From Candidatus Caldifonticola tengchongensis (lineage in GTDB: Bacteria; Sysuimicrobiota; Sysuimicrobiia; Sysuimicrobiales; Sysuimicrobiaceae): a DNA stretch of 64,000 nt. Positions 1 to 11,406 of this stretch are shown one piece after another. A model generated the notes under the pieces. That model was not told the origin of the DNA and did no database searches. It saw nothing but the letters and a program-made list of their open reading frames with translations. The DNA is taken from the NCBI GenBank assembly GCA_031432545.1, contig JAVKGX010000003.1, positions 57,861 to 121,860 on the forward strand, written 5' to 3'. Position 1 is the stretch's first letter. Each line of letters starts with the position of its first letter. Position numbers and translations under genes: made by a program.

Positions 1-186
1 GAGGCGGTCGTCGTGTGCGCGTGCGGCGAGACGTTTGTGACCGGCAGCACCAAGAAGATGATCCGGGTGGAGGTCTGCTCGAAGTGCCACCCGCTGTACA
101 CCGGGCAGCGGCGCCTGGTTGACACCGAAGGGCGCGTTCAGAAGTTCATGAAGAAGTACGGCCTGGAGCCCGCCAAGACCGCCTAG
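1..186 (+). CDS. rpmE: 50S ribosomal protein L31 (3' portion; 5' end lies outside the window)
   Basis: Frame 1 reads ...[57 protein letters not shown]. Zn-ribbon CxxC...CxxH L31 signature. Stop TAG at 184-186. Confidence 0.85.
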   Translation, partial: EAVVVCACGETFVTGSTKKMIRVEVCSKCHPLYTGQRRLVDTEGRVQKFMKKYGLEPAKTA

Positions 187-389
187 CCCAGCGATCCTCC
201 CCGCGGTCCGTGTCCGGAGGAGGGGACGCAGCTCCTCCCCGGTGACCTCGGCGCCTGCTGCATCCTCTCGCGCGGCTACTTTGCGTGTGCCGTCATGGGA
301 TCGAGCACCTCGAGCAGCGCGAAACGATGGGATTCGGCGTCGCGGGTGCGGATCGTCGTCACGCCGTCCAGTGGTACGATGGATTTGCA

Positions 390-1289
390 ATGGAACGACG
401 TGTACCTCAGATGATGATCGGCGGTCAGGCCGTGCTCGAGGGCGTGATGATGCGCGGTCCGAACTGGGTGACCACCGCGGTGCGGCGCCCGGACGGGGAG
501 GTCGTGCGCGAAGTGCAGCAGCGGCCCAGCCTGCTCGTGCAGAAGCGGTGGGCCCGCCTGCCGGTGCTGCGGGGGATGGTCGTGCTGTACGAGGCGCTGT
601 CCATCGGCGTCCACTCGCTGATCTATTCCGCGAACCAGGCGGCCACCCAAGCCGAGGGGCGCGAGCTGTCGGCCAGGGAGGTGGCGCTAAGCCTCGGGAT
701 CGGCCTGACCATCGCGGTGGGCTTGTTCTTCGTCCTGCCGACGGTCCTGGTGCGCTGGCTGGACCACCGGCTGCCGGGCACCCTCGCGTTCAACGTGACC
801 GAGGGCGCGATCCGGATCGCGATCGTGGTCGGGTACGTCGGCATCGTCGGGCTGCTGCCGGACCTGCGCCGCGTGTACATGTACCACGGTGCCGAGCACA
901 AAGCCGTCAACGCCTGGGAGCGGGGGGTCTCACTGGCCGTGCCCGAAGTCCAGAAGCAGAGCCGGTTCCACCCTCGGTGCGGGACGTCGTTCATCCTGAT
1001 CGTGATGGTGGTCGCCGTGCTCGTGTTCTCCGTCCTGGGGAAGCCGCCCCTGGGATGGCGCATCGTCTCCCGGATCCTCCTCATCCCCCTGATCGCCGGC
1101 CTGTCCTACGAGGTGATCCGCGCCGGCGCGCGCTACCGGTGGTTCCGGCCGCTGGTGGTCCCGGGGCTTTGGCTGCAGCGCCTGACGACGCGCGAACCCG
1201 ACGACGCGCAGGTCGAGGTGGCGATCCAGGCGCTGCGGGAAGTGGTGGACCGCGAAGACGAGCGGATGATCGAGCGCACGGTGGCGTGA
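390..1289 (+). CDS. DUF1385 (YqhQ-like) family protein
   Basis: Track ORF 285-1289, start moved to ATG 390. The ...[15 protein letters not shown]... N-terminus is typical of this family, which commonly sits between rpmE and prfA. The overlapping 242-1339 ORF in another frame is judged a high-GC artefact. Start uncertain (ATG 285 or 411 possible). Confidence 0.6.
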   Translation: MERRVPQMMIGGQAVLEGVMMRGPNWVTTAVRRPDGEVVREVQQRPSLLVQKRWARLPVLRGMVVLYEALSIGVHSLIYSANQAATQAEGRELSAREVALSLGIGLTIAVGLFFVLPTVLVRWLDHRLPGTLAFNVTEGAIRIAIVVGYVGIVGLLPDLRRVYMYHGAEHKAVNAWERGVSLAVPEVQKQSRFHPRCGTSFILIVMVVAVLVFSVLGKPPLGWRIVSRILLIPLIAGLSYEVIRAGARYRWFRPLVVPGLWLQRLTTREPDDAQVEVAIQALREVVDREDERMIERTVA

Positions 1290-1320
1290 GGCCCTCGGTG
1301 CGCGGCGTGGGAGATCCAAG

Positions 1321-2403
1321 ATGCTGGCAGAGCAGCTGAACGGAATCGAGCAGCGGTACGCGGAGCTCAACGCGCTGTTGGGGGATCCCGCGGTGTTGGC
1401 GGACCCGGCCCGCTACCGTGCACTGGCGAAGGAACACGCCACGCTGGGGCAGTTGGTCGCACTCGTGCAGGAGCTGCGGCGGGTGAACCGGGAACGCGCC
1501 GACGCCGAGACGATGCTGGCCGACGGCGACGGAGAACTGCGCCAGCTGGCCGCGCAGGAGATCGCGCGGCTGGACGCGCGGCGTCGGGCCCTGCAGGCCG
1601 AGCTCGAGCAGCGGCTGGCGCCCCGCCATCCCCACGACGACCGCGACATCATCGTCGAGATCCGTGCGGGCGCCGGAGGCGAGGAGGCGGCGCTGTTCGC
1701 CGCCGATCTGCTCCGGATGTACACGCGGTACGCGGAGCGCCGCGGCTGGAAGACGGATGTCTTGGACCTGCAGCCGTCGGACCTCGGCGGCGTGCGGTCC
1801 GCGACGGTGGCGATCGCCGGAGAGGGCGCCTACAGCCGCATGAAGTACGAAAGCGGCGTCCACCGCGTGCAGCGGGTGCCGGCGACGGAAGCCGCGGGGC
1901 GGATCCACACCTCCACGGCGACCGTGGCGGTGCTCCCTGAGGCCGAAGAGGTCGACGTGGAGATCAAGCCCGACGAACTCGAGATCTCGACGTTCCGCGC
2001 CGGGGGTGCAGGGGGGCAGAACGTCAACAAGGTCGAGACGGCCGTGCGCGTCAAGCACCTGCCGACCGGGACGGTCGTCACGTGCCAGGACGAGAGGTCG
2101 CAGCACCAGAACCGCGAGAAGGCGATGCGCATCCTGCGGGCCCACCTGCTGGAGTTGCGCGAGCGCGAGCAGCAGGCGCAGATCGCCGCGGCGCGCCGCC
2201 AGCAGGTCGGCACGGGCGAGCGCAGCGAGAAGATCCGCACCTACAACTTCCCGCAAAACCGCGTCACCGACCACCGGATCGGTTTGACCCTCCACCGGCT
2301 GGAGTCGGTGATGGACGGAGACCTCGACGAGGTCCTCGACGCGCTCGCCGCGGCGGATCGGGCCGCCCGACTGGGACAGCCGGCGGCGAGCGGCGGAACA
2401 TGA
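1321..2403 (+). CDS. prfA: peptide chain release factor 1
   Basis: 360 aa with GGQ motif ([25 protein letters not shown]) and RF1-type domain order. Confidence 0.95.
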   Translation: MLAEQLNGIEQRYAELNALLGDPAVLADPARYRALAKEHATLGQLVALVQELRRVNRERADAETMLADGDGELRQLAAQEIARLDARRRALQAELEQRLAPRHPHDDRDIIVEIRAGAGGEEAALFAADLLRMYTRYAERRGWKTDVLDLQPSDLGGVRSATVAIAGEGAYSRMKYESGVHRVQRVPATEAAGRIHTSTATVAVLPEAEEVDVEIKPDELEISTFRAGGAGGQNVNKVETAVRVKHLPTGTVVTCQDERSQHQNREKAMRILRAHLLELREREQQAQIAAARRQQVGTGERSEKIRTYNFPQNRVTDHRIGLTLHRLESVMDGDLDEVLDALAAADRAARLGQPAASGGT

Positions 2404-3383
2404 CGGGCCGGCGACCTCAACCTCCGATCGGTGCGCGGGCCGTCCCCTCGGACCCACCAACCGGCAAGGACATCCGGCCGGTTTCTTTCCGCGAAGCCTA
2501 CCTGTTCGGCCGCGAGCATCTGGCGGCGGCGGGCGTGGAGTCCGCGCCGATCGAAGCCGAGGTGCTTTTGCGGCACGCGGCGAGGCTGGACCGCGCCGGC
2601 CTGTACGTCCGCTGGACGCAGCCGGTCTCCGAGGCGGTCTGGCGGCGGTATGTCGATCTGCTCGAGGGCCGGGCGGCCGGTCGCCCCACGGCGTACCTGG
2701 TCGGGGAGCGGGAGTTCTGCGGCCTCGGGTTCGCCGTCGACGAGCGGGTCCTCATTCCTCGCCCGGAGACCGAGTTGCTGGTGGATGTGGCCCTGGAGGC
2801 GATCCGCGGGATCGCCGCACCGGTGGTGGTCGACGTGGGGACCGGCAGCGGCGCGGTGGCGGTGGTGTTGGCTGTGCGGCGCCCGGACCTGCGGGCCTAC
2901 GCCACCGACGTCTCGCGGGCGGCCCTCGAGGTGGCCTCTGGCAACGCCCGACGGCACGGAGTCGCCAGCAGGGTGACGCTGCTGGCAGGCCACGCCCTCG
3001 TGCCGGTCATCGAGCGCGGCGTGCGCGCGCATGCGGTCCTCGCCAACCCGCCCTATGTTCCGCGGCACGCACGCGACGAACTTCCGGCGGAGATCCGGGA
3101 TCACGAGCCTCCGGTTGCCCTGCTCTCTGAGGGTCCGCGCGGCACCGAGATCCACGAACGCATCGCCTTCCAGGCGCCGCGCGTTCTGCTCCCCGGCGGG
3201 ACGCTGGCGATGGAGGTGGCAGCAAAGTGGCATCAGGCCCAGGCGGTGGCGGAGCTGTTTGAGGGGCTCGGATTCGAACACGTCCGGATCCTGCGGGATC
3301 TCGCCGGGCTGGAGCGCGTGGTCGTGGGGACGTGGGCTATCGGGCGGCCCACCTCAGATCGATCACCTACGCCGACCCCGTGA
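2400..3383 (+). CDS. prmC: release factor glutamine N5-methyltransferase (HemK/PrmC)
   Basis: ATG 2400 overlaps the prfA stop (ATGA coupling) in the same frame as track ORF 2082-3383. NPPY motif (LANPPYVP) and SAM-binding VVDVGTGSG present. Confidence 0.9.
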   Translation: MTGRRPQPPIGARAVPSDPPTGKDIRPVSFREAYLFGREHLAAAGVESAPIEAEVLLRHAARLDRAGLYVRWTQPVSEAVWRRYVDLLEGRAAGRPTAYLVGEREFCGLGFAVDERVLIPRPETELLVDVALEAIRGIAAPVVVDVGTGSGAVAVVLAVRRPDLRAYATDVSRAALEVASGNARRHGVASRVTLLAGHALVPVIERGVRAHAVLANPPYVPRHARDELPAEIRDHEPPVALLSEGPRGTEIHERIAFQAPRVLLPGGTLAMEVAAKWHQAQAVAELFEGLGFEHVRILRDLAGLERVVVGTWAIGRPTSDRSPTPTP

Positions 3384-3499
3384 TCGCGCGGCGCCGCTGC
3401 CCACAACTGTGAGAAGATTCCCGCTTGGGAGTCCAAACATACGATCGGTTGTATCGGATCCCGACGTGAAGTACCATCAACACGACTCAGCAGGGGGGA

Positions 3500-3964
3500 A
3501 TGGAGGTGAGGACGGTGAGGGTATCGCGGATCGTCGGCTTGATGCTCACGCTCGTCGTGGCTGCGTCCTTCCCCTTTGCGGTCTGGGGGCAGGAGAACGG
3601 CGAGGAACTCATCGTGGCCCGCATCAAGGCGGTCTACGGGGAGGACTTCGAGGACCTGGATGGGCTGATCGAGACGATGCGGGACGCCGGTTACGGCTGG
3701 GGCGAGGTGATCATGGCCCTGCATCTGGCGAAGCTCTCCGGGAAGAGTGTGGAAGAGATCATGGAGATGCGTGCCAGCGGTATGGGGTGGGGCGAGATCG
3801 CCATGGAGCTCGGCGTCCATCCGTCCCAGCTCGGTCTGGCGGTCGCCTACGTCATGTCCGAGGGCAAGTCTCCGCAGAATGCCGGCAAGCCCGAGACGAC
3901 GCCAGGTGGCCCGCCCTCCGGCACTCCCGGCGGTCCGCCGTCCGGGGTACCCGGCAAGCCGTAA
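3500..3964 (+). CDS. small secreted hypothetical protein with two GxGWGE(V/I) repeats and a Pro/Gly-rich tail
   Basis: 154 aa. N-terminal signal peptide (MLTLVVAASFPFAVWGQ). Internal repeat GYGWGEVIMALHLAKL / GMGWGEIAMELGV. C-terminal PGGPPSGTPGGPPSGVPGKP. RBS-like ggggggaatggagg before ATG 3500. High GC3 consistent with host coding. Confidence 0.55.
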   Translation: MEVRTVRVSRIVGLMLTLVVAASFPFAVWGQENGEELIVARIKAVYGEDFEDLDGLIETMRDAGYGWGEVIMALHLAKLSGKSVEEIMEMRASGMGWGEIAMELGVHPSQLGLAVAYVMSEGKSPQNAGKPETTPGGPPSGTPGGPPSGVPGKP

Positions 3965-3988
3965 CAGCAGACGGCAGGATTCGTGTAC

Positions 3989-4025
3989 GGAGGCCCGCGC
4001 GCTCGCGCGGGCCTCCGCCTTTGAG
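3989..4025 (+). terminator. GC-rich hairpin (12-bp stem ggaggcccgcgc / gcgcgggcctcc, 4-nt loop) followed by a weak U tract
   Basis: Perfect inverted repeat 3989-4016 then gccTTTg, 25 nt after the stop of the 3500-3964 ORF. The U tract is poor, so efficiency is uncertain. Confidence 0.4.
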
Positions 4026-4042
4026 GGCTATAATGGAAACGC

Positions 4043-4678
4043 ATGCCTCCCCTAACTTCTGCGGTGTCCGTCCTGCGTGTGACCCCCGATGCCCCCGCTC
4101 CACGGCGCGCCGTGGAGTTGCTCCGCACCGGCGGGGTGATCGTCTTCCCGACCGACACGGTCTACGGGCTGGGTTGTGACGCCACGGACGCTGCCGCGGT
4201 GCGGCGCGTGTTCGCGATCAAAGGACGCACCCCAGACCAGCCGGTACCCATCCTGCTCGCCGATCCAGACGACGCCGAGGGTCTTGCGTTCATCACGCCC
4301 GCTGCCCGCCTACTCATGGACCGCTTCTGGCCGGGCCCGCTAACGATCGTGCTGCGCGCCCGTGACAGGTTGCCCGACATCGTCACGGCGGGCACCGGAA
4401 ACGTAGGCTTGCGCGTTCCCGACCACGCGGTCCCACGCTCCCTCGCGCGCGAGCTGGGGCGGCCTCTGGTGGGCACGAGTGCCAACGTGCACGGCCAGCC
4501 TCCGGCCACCTCCGTCGTCCAGGTCCTCTCGCAGCTGGATGGGCGGCCAGACCTGATTCTCGACGGCGGGCGCTGCAGGTCGGCGGCCTCGACCGTGGTG
4601 GACTGCACCGCGCAGACGCCCCGCGTCCTGCGCCCCGGGCCGATCTCGGAGGCGGAGGTCCTGGCCGCGGCCGGGTGA
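4043..4678 (+). CDS. tsaC: L-threonylcarbamoyladenylate synthase, TsaC/YrdC/YwlC family (single-domain form)
   Basis: 211 aa with YrdC-domain motifs (VFPTDTVYGLGCDA, GTSANVHGQPP). Conserved prfA-prmC-ywlC neighbourhood. Confidence 0.85.
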   Translation: MPPLTSAVSVLRVTPDAPAPRRAVELLRTGGVIVFPTDTVYGLGCDATDAAAVRRVFAIKGRTPDQPVPILLADPDDAEGLAFITPAARLLMDRFWPGPLTIVLRARDRLPDIVTAGTGNVGLRVPDHAVPRSLARELGRPLVGTSANVHGQPPATSVVQVLSQLDGRPDLILDGGRCRSAASTVVDCTAQTPRVLRPGPISEAEVLAAAG

Positions 4679-5153
4679 AGGTTCGGTCCGAGGGCGAGGC
4701 GAAGTGAGCTGACGATGCGGATCGCCCTTGCCAGCGACCACGCCGGCTACGCTCTGAAGGAGGACCTCAAACGGATGCTGCGCGACCTCGGACACGAGGT
4801 GCGGGACTTCGGTACGCACGGGGAGGATCCCGTCGACTACCCCGACTTCGTCGTGCCGGTGGCCGAGGGGGTGGCGGCGGGCACATTCGACCGTGCGATC
4901 GTGATCGGCGGCACCGGAAACGGGGAGGCGATCGCAGCCAACAAGGTCCCCGGCGTGCGGTGCGCGGTGTGCTGGGAGAGCTACACGGCACGCATGGCGC
5001 GGGCGCACAACGACGCCAACGTGCTGTCATTGGGTGCGCGCGCGATCGGCGTCGAGGTGGCCAGGGATGTCGTTCGGGCGTGGCTGACGGCGGACTACGA
5101 GGGAGGCCGCCACGACGCCCGTCTCGCGAAGATCCGGGCCGTGGAGGAGAAGT

Positions 5154-6461
<1,308 letters not shown>

Positions 6462-6480
6462 CTGCCACCGGAGGCCCGCC

Positions 6481-7110
6481 TTGTCCAAGGTCTATGTCGT
6501 GGACCACCCGCTCATCCAGCACAAGGTTCGGATCCTGCGTGATCGGCACACCAATCACAAGGAGTTCCGCGAGCTCGTCGAAGAACTGGCGATGCTGCTC
6601 GCCTTCGAAGCCACGAGGGACCTGCGTACCCGTGACGCAAAGGTCGAGACGCCCCTGGCGGTGACGCGCGGCAAGACCATCTCCGGGTACGAACTAGCCG
6701 TTGTGCCGATCCTGCGCGCCGGGCTGGGCATGGAGCCCGGCATCACCAAGCTCATGCCCACCGCACGGGTGGGACACGTGGGCATCTGGCGCGACCCCGA
6801 GACGCTTGAGCCGGTGACGTACTACGTGAAGCTTCCGCCGGACATCGCACAGCGGGAGGTCATGGTGCTGGACCCCATGCTGGCCACGGGCGGGTCTGCC
6901 GCGGAGTGCGTGCGGCTCATCAAGGAGCGCGGGGCGACCCGGTTCAAGCTCATGTGCCTGATCGCCGCCCCGGAGGGGGTCGAGCGCGTCCACCGCGACC
7001 ACCCCGACGTGGTGATCTACACCGCCGCGATCGACGAGTACCTCAACGACCACGGCTACATCGTGCCCGGGCTGGGCGACGCGGGCGACCGCCTGTTCGG
7101 CACCCGGTGA
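6481..7110 (+). CDS. upp: uracil phosphoribosyltransferase
   Basis: Protein begins (L)[20 protein letters not shown], the typical Upp N-terminus. TTG start at 6481, in frame with track ORF 6310-7110, with ggagg 6 nt upstream. About 209 aa. Confidence 0.85.
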   Translation: MSKVYVVDHPLIQHKVRILRDRHTNHKEFRELVEELAMLLAFEATRDLRTRDAKVETPLAVTRGKTISGYELAVVPILRAGLGMEPGITKLMPTARVGHVGIWRDPETLEPVTYYVKLPPDIAQREVMVLDPMLATGGSAAECVRLIKERGATRFKLMCLIAAPEGVERVHRDHPDVVIYTAAIDEYLNDHGYIVPGLGDAGDRLFGTR

Positions 7111-7559
7111 CCCGCCCTACCTGGGACGAGTACTTCATGAGCATGGCGGCACTCGCCGCCAGCCGGTCGACGTGCCTGCGGCGCCGGGTCGGGGCGGTGG
7201 TGGTCAAGGACCGCATGGTGCTGTCGACCGGGTACAACGACACGCCGCGCGGGCGTCCGAACTGCGGGGAAGGGGGATGTCCGCGCTGTGCCGGGGAGGC
7301 ACCGCCGGGGACTGGGCACGACACCTGCCTGTGCATCCACGCGGAACAGAACGCCATCCTCCAGGCTGCGTATCACGGGGTGAGCATCGCCGGCGGCGCG
7401 CTGTACTGTACCCACCAGCCGTGTCTGGTGTGCGCGAAGATGATCGTCAACGCCGGTCTGGTGCGCGTCGTCTACGGGGGCGACTATCCCGATCCGGCCG
7501 CCGCACAACTGTTGCAGGACGCGGGCGTGGACCTGGTGCGCCACGGTGACGGCCGATGA
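7107..7559 (+). CDS. dCMP deaminase (CMP/dCMP-type zinc deaminase, ComEB-like)
   Basis: GTG 7107 overlaps the upp stop (GTGA). N-terminus (V)[22 protein letters not shown]. Zinc motifs HAEQNA and PCLVCAKMI. In frame with track ORF 6906-7559. Confidence 0.8.
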   Translation: MTRPTWDEYFMSMAALAASRSTCLRRRVGAVVVKDRMVLSTGYNDTPRGRPNCGEGGCPRCAGEAPPGTGHDTCLCIHAEQNAILQAAYHGVSIAGGALYCTHQPCLVCAKMIVNAGLVRVVYGGDYPDPAAAQLLQDAGVDLVRHGDGR

Positions 7560-7702
7560 CCCGCACCCCAGTCCTCCTGCCGAAGGGAGCGAGCGCTGGG
7601 AGTTGTCCCGCCCCGGCGCCTGGGGGAAGATGGGAACCGGGCGGCGGAACCTCGCACATACGGACGTCAGCCGCTGCCGCAAGCCGAGCGAGGGTCGAAA
7701 CG

Positions 7703-8374
7703 ATGGCCGAACGCATTCTCGTCGTCGACGATGAGCGACCGATCGCCGAGGCGGTCCGCTTCGCCCTCGAGCGCGAAGGTTATCAGGCGGTGGAAGCGCA
7801 CGACGGGGCCACCGCGCTGGACCTTGCCCGGACCCGGGCGTTCGACCTGATCGTCCTCGACGTCATGCTTCCGGAACTCAGCGGGTTCGAGGTGTGCCGC
7901 ATCCTGCGGCAGGAAAGCGACCTGCCGATCCTGCTCCTGACGGCCAAGGGCGACGAATCCGACCGCGTCGTCGGGCTGGACATCGGTGCGGATGACTACA
8001 TCGTGAAGCCGTTCTCCATGCGCGAGCTGGTAGCGCGGGTGCGGGCCGCCCTCCGGCGTCGCACCCCGGTCCGCGCCGCGCCTCTGACCGTGGGTGATCT
8101 CGTCCTCGACGCCGCGCGCCACGAGGTGCGCCGCGGGGAGTCCACCCTGCCCCTTGCGCCGAAGGAGTACGATCTGCTGGCGGTCCTGATGCAAAACGCC
8201 GGCATCGTGATGAGCCGCGGCCGGCTCCTGCAGAAGGTCTGGGGCTACGACTACACCGGCGACGAGCGCACCGTCGACGTGCACGTCTCCTGGCTGCGCC
8301 GCAAGCTGCGCGAAGCCGGCTCAAGCGTCCGCCTGGACACCGTGCGCGGCGTGGGCTACCGCCTCGAACCGTAG
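7703..8374 (+). CDS. OmpR/PhoB-family two-component response regulator
   Basis: ATG 7703 (MAERILVVDDE) with RBS gagggtcgaaacg. Receiver domain plus winged-helix (VHVSWLRRKL...GVGYRL). The upstream extension of track ORF 7556 is non-homologous. Confidence 0.85.
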   Translation: MAERILVVDDERPIAEAVRFALEREGYQAVEAHDGATALDLARTRAFDLIVLDVMLPELSGFEVCRILRQESDLPILLLTAKGDESDRVVGLDIGADDYIVKPFSMRELVARVRAALRRRTPVRAAPLTVGDLVLDAARHEVRRGESTLPLAPKEYDLLAVLMQNAGIVMSRGRLLQKVWGYDYTGDERTVDVHVSWLRRKLREAGSSVRLDTVRGVGYRLEP

Positions 8375-8380
8375 GGATCC

Positions 8381-9724
8381 ATGACGCCGCGACTGCTCGT
8401 GGGCATCGGCCTGGGCATCGCTGCCATCGGCCTGGCGCTGCCGGCGCTGCGTACGGGTGCACCGTGGGGCGTCGCGGCGCTCTTGGTCGCCGCCGGGGCG
8501 CTGCTGGTCGCCGCCGCCGCGTGGATGACCCGAGTGCTCCATGCCGTGGACCGGGCGAAACGCGGTCTGCAGGCGTTGGGCCTCGGTCAGCCGGCCGAGT
8601 ACCCCGTCGGGGACCTGGATCGTCAGCCCGCGGGTCTGGTGGCCGAGCTGGAGGCCGAGGTCCGGCGCATGGAGGGTGCAGTGCGGGCGGCGCAGCACGA
8701 GCGGGACCGCGTGCGCGCCGTGCTCGACGCGATGGGCGACGGCGTCCTGGTCTTCGACGCGCGACGTCGCCTGGTGCTGGCGAATCGGACGGCCAGGAGC
8801 CTGCTTGATCTCGGGGACCGCGAGCCGGCCGGCAGCACGGCGATGGCCCTGTTCCGCCACCACGGCGTCGATGCGCTGATGGATGCGGTCCAGCGGCAGC
8901 GCGAGACCGTCGAGGTCGAGTGGGAGACCCCGCCGTCAGGCCGGCGGGTCTTTCGGGTCAAAGCGGATCCGGTGCCCGGCGGAGGCGTGGTGCTCGCGGT
9001 CCGCGACGTCACGGAGGCGCGCCGGGCCGACGCCGTCCGTCGCGACTTCGTGGCGAATGTCTCACACGAACTGCGCACACCGCTTGCGTCGGTGCGCGCG
9101 ATGGCCGAAGCGCTCCAGCAGGGAGGGCTCGACGACCCCGCCTTCGCCCGTCGTTTTCTCGATCGGATGGTCGGCGAGATCGAACGGCTGACACGGCTGG
9201 TCAACGACCTTCTCGACCTGTCCACCCTGGAATCGGGGACAGTCAGGCTCCGACCGCAGAGGCTGTGGGCCGCAGACGTCCTGCACGACGTCGCCCAGCG
9301 GTTCTCCGACGCGGCGGCGCGGCGCGGGATCTCCGTCCGGGTGCACGCCGCCCACGACCTGACGGTGACCGCGGATCGCGATCGGCTCGAGCAGGCACTC
9401 GCAAACCTCGTCGATAACGCGGTGAAGTTCGCGGGCGGCACGGTGGAGCTGCGCGCGGAGGCCGGCGACGGCCGGATTTGCTTCGTGGTGGAAGACGACG
9501 GACCGGGGATTCCACCCGAGCACCTGCCCCGGGTCTTCGAGCGGTTCTACCGGGCCGACGCCGCGCGGGCACGAGCGGACGGGGGCGCGGGCCTGGGGCT
9601 GGCGATCGTCAAGCACGTCGTCTCGGCTTCGGGTGGCCGCGTGGACGCCGCCAACCGGCCGGAGGGGGGCGCACGGTTCGTGATCTCGCTGCCGCAGGAG
9701 TTGGGCTCTGCTGACGACAGATGA
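8381..9724 (+). CDS. sensor histidine kinase (2 TM, PAS, HisKA, HATPase_c; PhoR-like architecture)
   Basis: 447 aa. H-box FVANVSHELRTPL, N/G boxes (LVDNAVKF, DDGPGIP, GGAGLGLAIVK). 7 nt downstream of the regulator gene. Confidence 0.85.
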   Translation: MTPRLLVGIGLGIAAIGLALPALRTGAPWGVAALLVAAGALLVAAAAWMTRVLHAVDRAKRGLQALGLGQPAEYPVGDLDRQPAGLVAELEAEVRRMEGAVRAAQHERDRVRAVLDAMGDGVLVFDARRRLVLANRTARSLLDLGDREPAGSTAMALFRHHGVDALMDAVQRQRETVEVEWETPPSGRRVFRVKADPVPGGGVVLAVRDVTEARRADAVRRDFVANVSHELRTPLASVRAMAEALQQGGLDDPAFARRFLDRMVGEIERLTRLVNDLLDLSTLESGTVRLRPQRLWAADVLHDVAQRFSDAAARRGISVRVHAAHDLTVTADRDRLEQALANLVDNAVKFAGGTVELRAEAGDGRICFVVEDDGPGIPPEHLPRVFERFYRADAARARADGGAGLGLAIVKHVVSASGGRVDAANRPEGGARFVISLPQELGSADDR

Positions 9725-9785
9725 GGGTTCACTGCGTACGCGCGGTTGCCGGGATCCCTCGGTTCAGACGGAGCACGTGGAGGTG

Positions 9786-10127
9786 ATGCGCATGGCACAC
9801 GAGCTTTACCCCCAGCCCAGCCGCGAGCTGGCCGCCAGGCGCCGGGAGCTGGCGCCCCAGACGCTGGAGGCCTTCCGCCACTTCTCCCAGCAGGTGTTCG
9901 CGGACGGGGCGCTGCCGGCCAAGACCAAGCAGCTCATCGCCGTGGCCGTGGCCCACGTGACCCAGTGTCCGTACTGCATCCGCAGCCACACCCGGGCGGC
10001 GCGCCAGCACGGCGCCACGGCCGAAGAGATCATGGAGGCGGTCTGGGTGGCGGCCGAGATGCGGGCGGGGGCGGCCTACGCCCATTCGCTGCTGGCCTTG
10101 GACTCGCTGCATGAGCAGGACGTGTGA
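9786..10127 (+). CDS. carboxymuconolactone decarboxylase (AhpD-like) family protein
   Basis: CMD/AhpD signature HVTQCPYCIRSH (CxxC..H). Start set to ATG 9786 (ggaggtg 5 nt upstream); GTG 9777 or ATG 9792 are alternatives. Confidence 0.7.
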   Translation: MRMAHELYPQPSRELAARRRELAPQTLEAFRHFSQQVFADGALPAKTKQLIAVAVAHVTQCPYCIRSHTRAARQHGATAEEIMEAVWVAAEMRAGAAYAHSLLALDSLHEQDV

Positions 10128-10305
10128 CGGCTGCCCGAAGGCTCACGCGGTCGTACCGGGACATCGGCACGAGTCTGCGCCTCGCTTCGACTCCCGTCCC
10201 TCCACATCCCAGCCTCGGCCGGTCGGCCGGCGAGGAGAGGCGAGGCCATCCGCTCCGTGCCGGATTGCGAGCTGGACAGTCCTCCCGGTATTTTGGAAGT
10301 TGCCA

Positions 10306-10689
10306 ATGGGCGGGCGGTTCGCAGTCGTGCTCGGAGCTGTGCTCCTTTTGGGTCCGCTTGTGGATCCCCACGCCCACGACCCGTACCACACCCACTGGTA
10401 TCTCGCTGACGTCTCCCGGGTCCCCGGCCGCCATCTGTCAGTCGGGCACGTCGTGGGGCTCCGTGCTTCGCTTCGGCACCCCGCTGCGCACGCCACGGAC
10501 GTGGTGTGGATCCGCGGAGCCGACCTTTTGAACCCCCTGGTGCTCCACGCCGCCGCGTTCCTGTCCGCGGTTGCCGTGAAGTTCCTCCTCTTCCGGCCCG
10601 AGCCGACTCTCCGAGCTCCGACCGAGTACGGCCTCGTACGGGCCCTTGCAGATCCGGAGCCGGAGGTTCCCCCTCCCCGCACCGGCTGA
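10306..10689 (+). CDS. hypothetical His-rich membrane protein (2 predicted TM segments; HAHDPYHTHW motif)
   Basis: ATG 10306 in frame within track ORF 10111-10689. Hydrophobic stretches FAVVLGAVLLLGPLV and LVLHAAAFLSAVAVKFLLF. GC3-rich codons. No family recognised. Confidence 0.4.
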   Translation: MGGRFAVVLGAVLLLGPLVDPHAHDPYHTHWYLADVSRVPGRHLSVGHVVGLRASLRHPAAHATDVVWIRGADLLNPLVLHAAAFLSAVAVKFLLFRPEPTLRAPTEYGLVRALADPEPEVPPPRTG

Positions 10690-10753
10690 CGCCAGAGTCG
10701 GCAGACTCACCCATGGATCCCGGCGTGGCGGCGCGCCGGAGGGGAGGGTTGGG

Positions 10754-11368
10754 ATGGCCGGTAGGTCATTCGGAGTCCTTACTGCTGTTACCGTGGCGGT
10801 GGCGTGGGCGGCCGGATGCTCCCGCGTAGAGCCCCTTCGGGGCCAGCTGGTGGACCCGCCGCGCCCCCTGCCCGACCTGGTGGCGCTCGACCAACGCGGC
10901 CGGGTGTTCCGCCTGGCGGATCAGCGCGGCAAGGTCATTCTGTTGTTCTTCGGCTACACGACCTGTCCGGACGTCTGCCCCGCCACGCTCGGCCTGTGGA
11001 AGCGGGCCCGAGAACGCCTGGGCCAGGATGCTGAGCGCGTGCGCTTCGTGTTCGTCACCGTGGATCCGGAGCGCGACACAGCGGCCAAGGTGCAGGAATA
11101 CCTGGAGCTCTTCAGTTCGGACTTCGTGGGCCTCGTGGGTTCCGAGGCTGAGCTGCGGGCGTTCTCCGAAGCGTTCGGGGCTGCCTACGAAAAGGTGCCG
11201 CAGCCGGACAGCGCGACGGGCTACCTGGTGGCGCATACCGCTTCGGTCCCTGTGGTGGACACCCGGGGAAGGTGGAGGCTGCGGTTCAACCCCCAGACGT
11301 CCATCGACGACTACGTGCACGACGTGCGGATCCTGGTGCGGGAAGGTGCCAAAGGCCGCGGGATCTGA
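10754..11368 (+). CDS. SCO1/SenC family copper chaperone / thiol-disulfide oxidoreductase (lipoprotein)
   Basis: ATG 10754 with RBS ggggagggttggg. Lipobox AWAAGCS. CxxxC copper site GYTTCPDVCP; thioredoxin fold. Confidence 0.85.
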   Translation: MAGRSFGVLTAVTVAVAWAAGCSRVEPLRGQLVDPPRPLPDLVALDQRGRVFRLADQRGKVILLFFGYTTCPDVCPATLGLWKRARERLGQDAERVRFVFVTVDPERDTAAKVQEYLELFSSDFVGLVGSEAELRAFSEAFGAAYEKVPQPDSATGYLVAHTASVPVVDTRGRWRLRFNPQTSIDDYVHDVRILVREGAKGRGI

Positions 11369-11406
11369 CCGGGCCACGGAGCCGTTTTACGGGAGGTGTG
11401 CGGAAC

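Noticed and set aside
185-389. Looked for a terminator hairpin after rpmE and for T-box, riboswitch or leader elements before the DUF1385-prfA genes.
   Set aside because: Only imperfect GA/CT-rich complementarity (ggaggagggg / ctcctcccc does not pair antiparallel); no convincing structure.
242-1339. 365-aa + strand ORF overlapping the DUF1385 gene in another frame.
   Set aside because: Arg/Gly/Ala/Pro-rich artefact sequence. The 285-1289 frame carries the recognisable [15 protein letters not shown] family N-terminus and fits the rpmE-prfA spacing.
1081-2460. Long reverse-strand ORFs antisense to annotated genes, 222-736 aa: 1081-2460, 4767-6488, 13034-14524, 23176-24813, 28066-29565, 36729-38396, 41701-43611, 51392-53602, 58429-59874.
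   Set aside because: Each lies antisense to a gene with clear homology and hallmark motifs on the + strand. Their products are Arg/Pro/Gly-rich low-complexity sequence typical of stop-codon-poor frames in ~70% GC DNA. Judged non-coding.
3500-3964. Whether the small secreted protein is SpoIIR (which I recall occupying the slot after prmC in B. subtilis).
   Set aside because: Its length (154 aa) and its sequence (GWGE repeats, PG-rich tail) do not match what I recall of SpoIIR (about 224 aa, different conserved core), and no convincing sigma-F/G promoter was found. Called hypothetical instead.
7633-7651. Direct repeat GGAACC-N7-GGAACC upstream of the response-regulator gene, as a possible autoregulatory site.
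   Set aside because: 13-bp spacing is atypical for OmpR-family binding and a single short GC-rich repeat is weak evidence in this genome.
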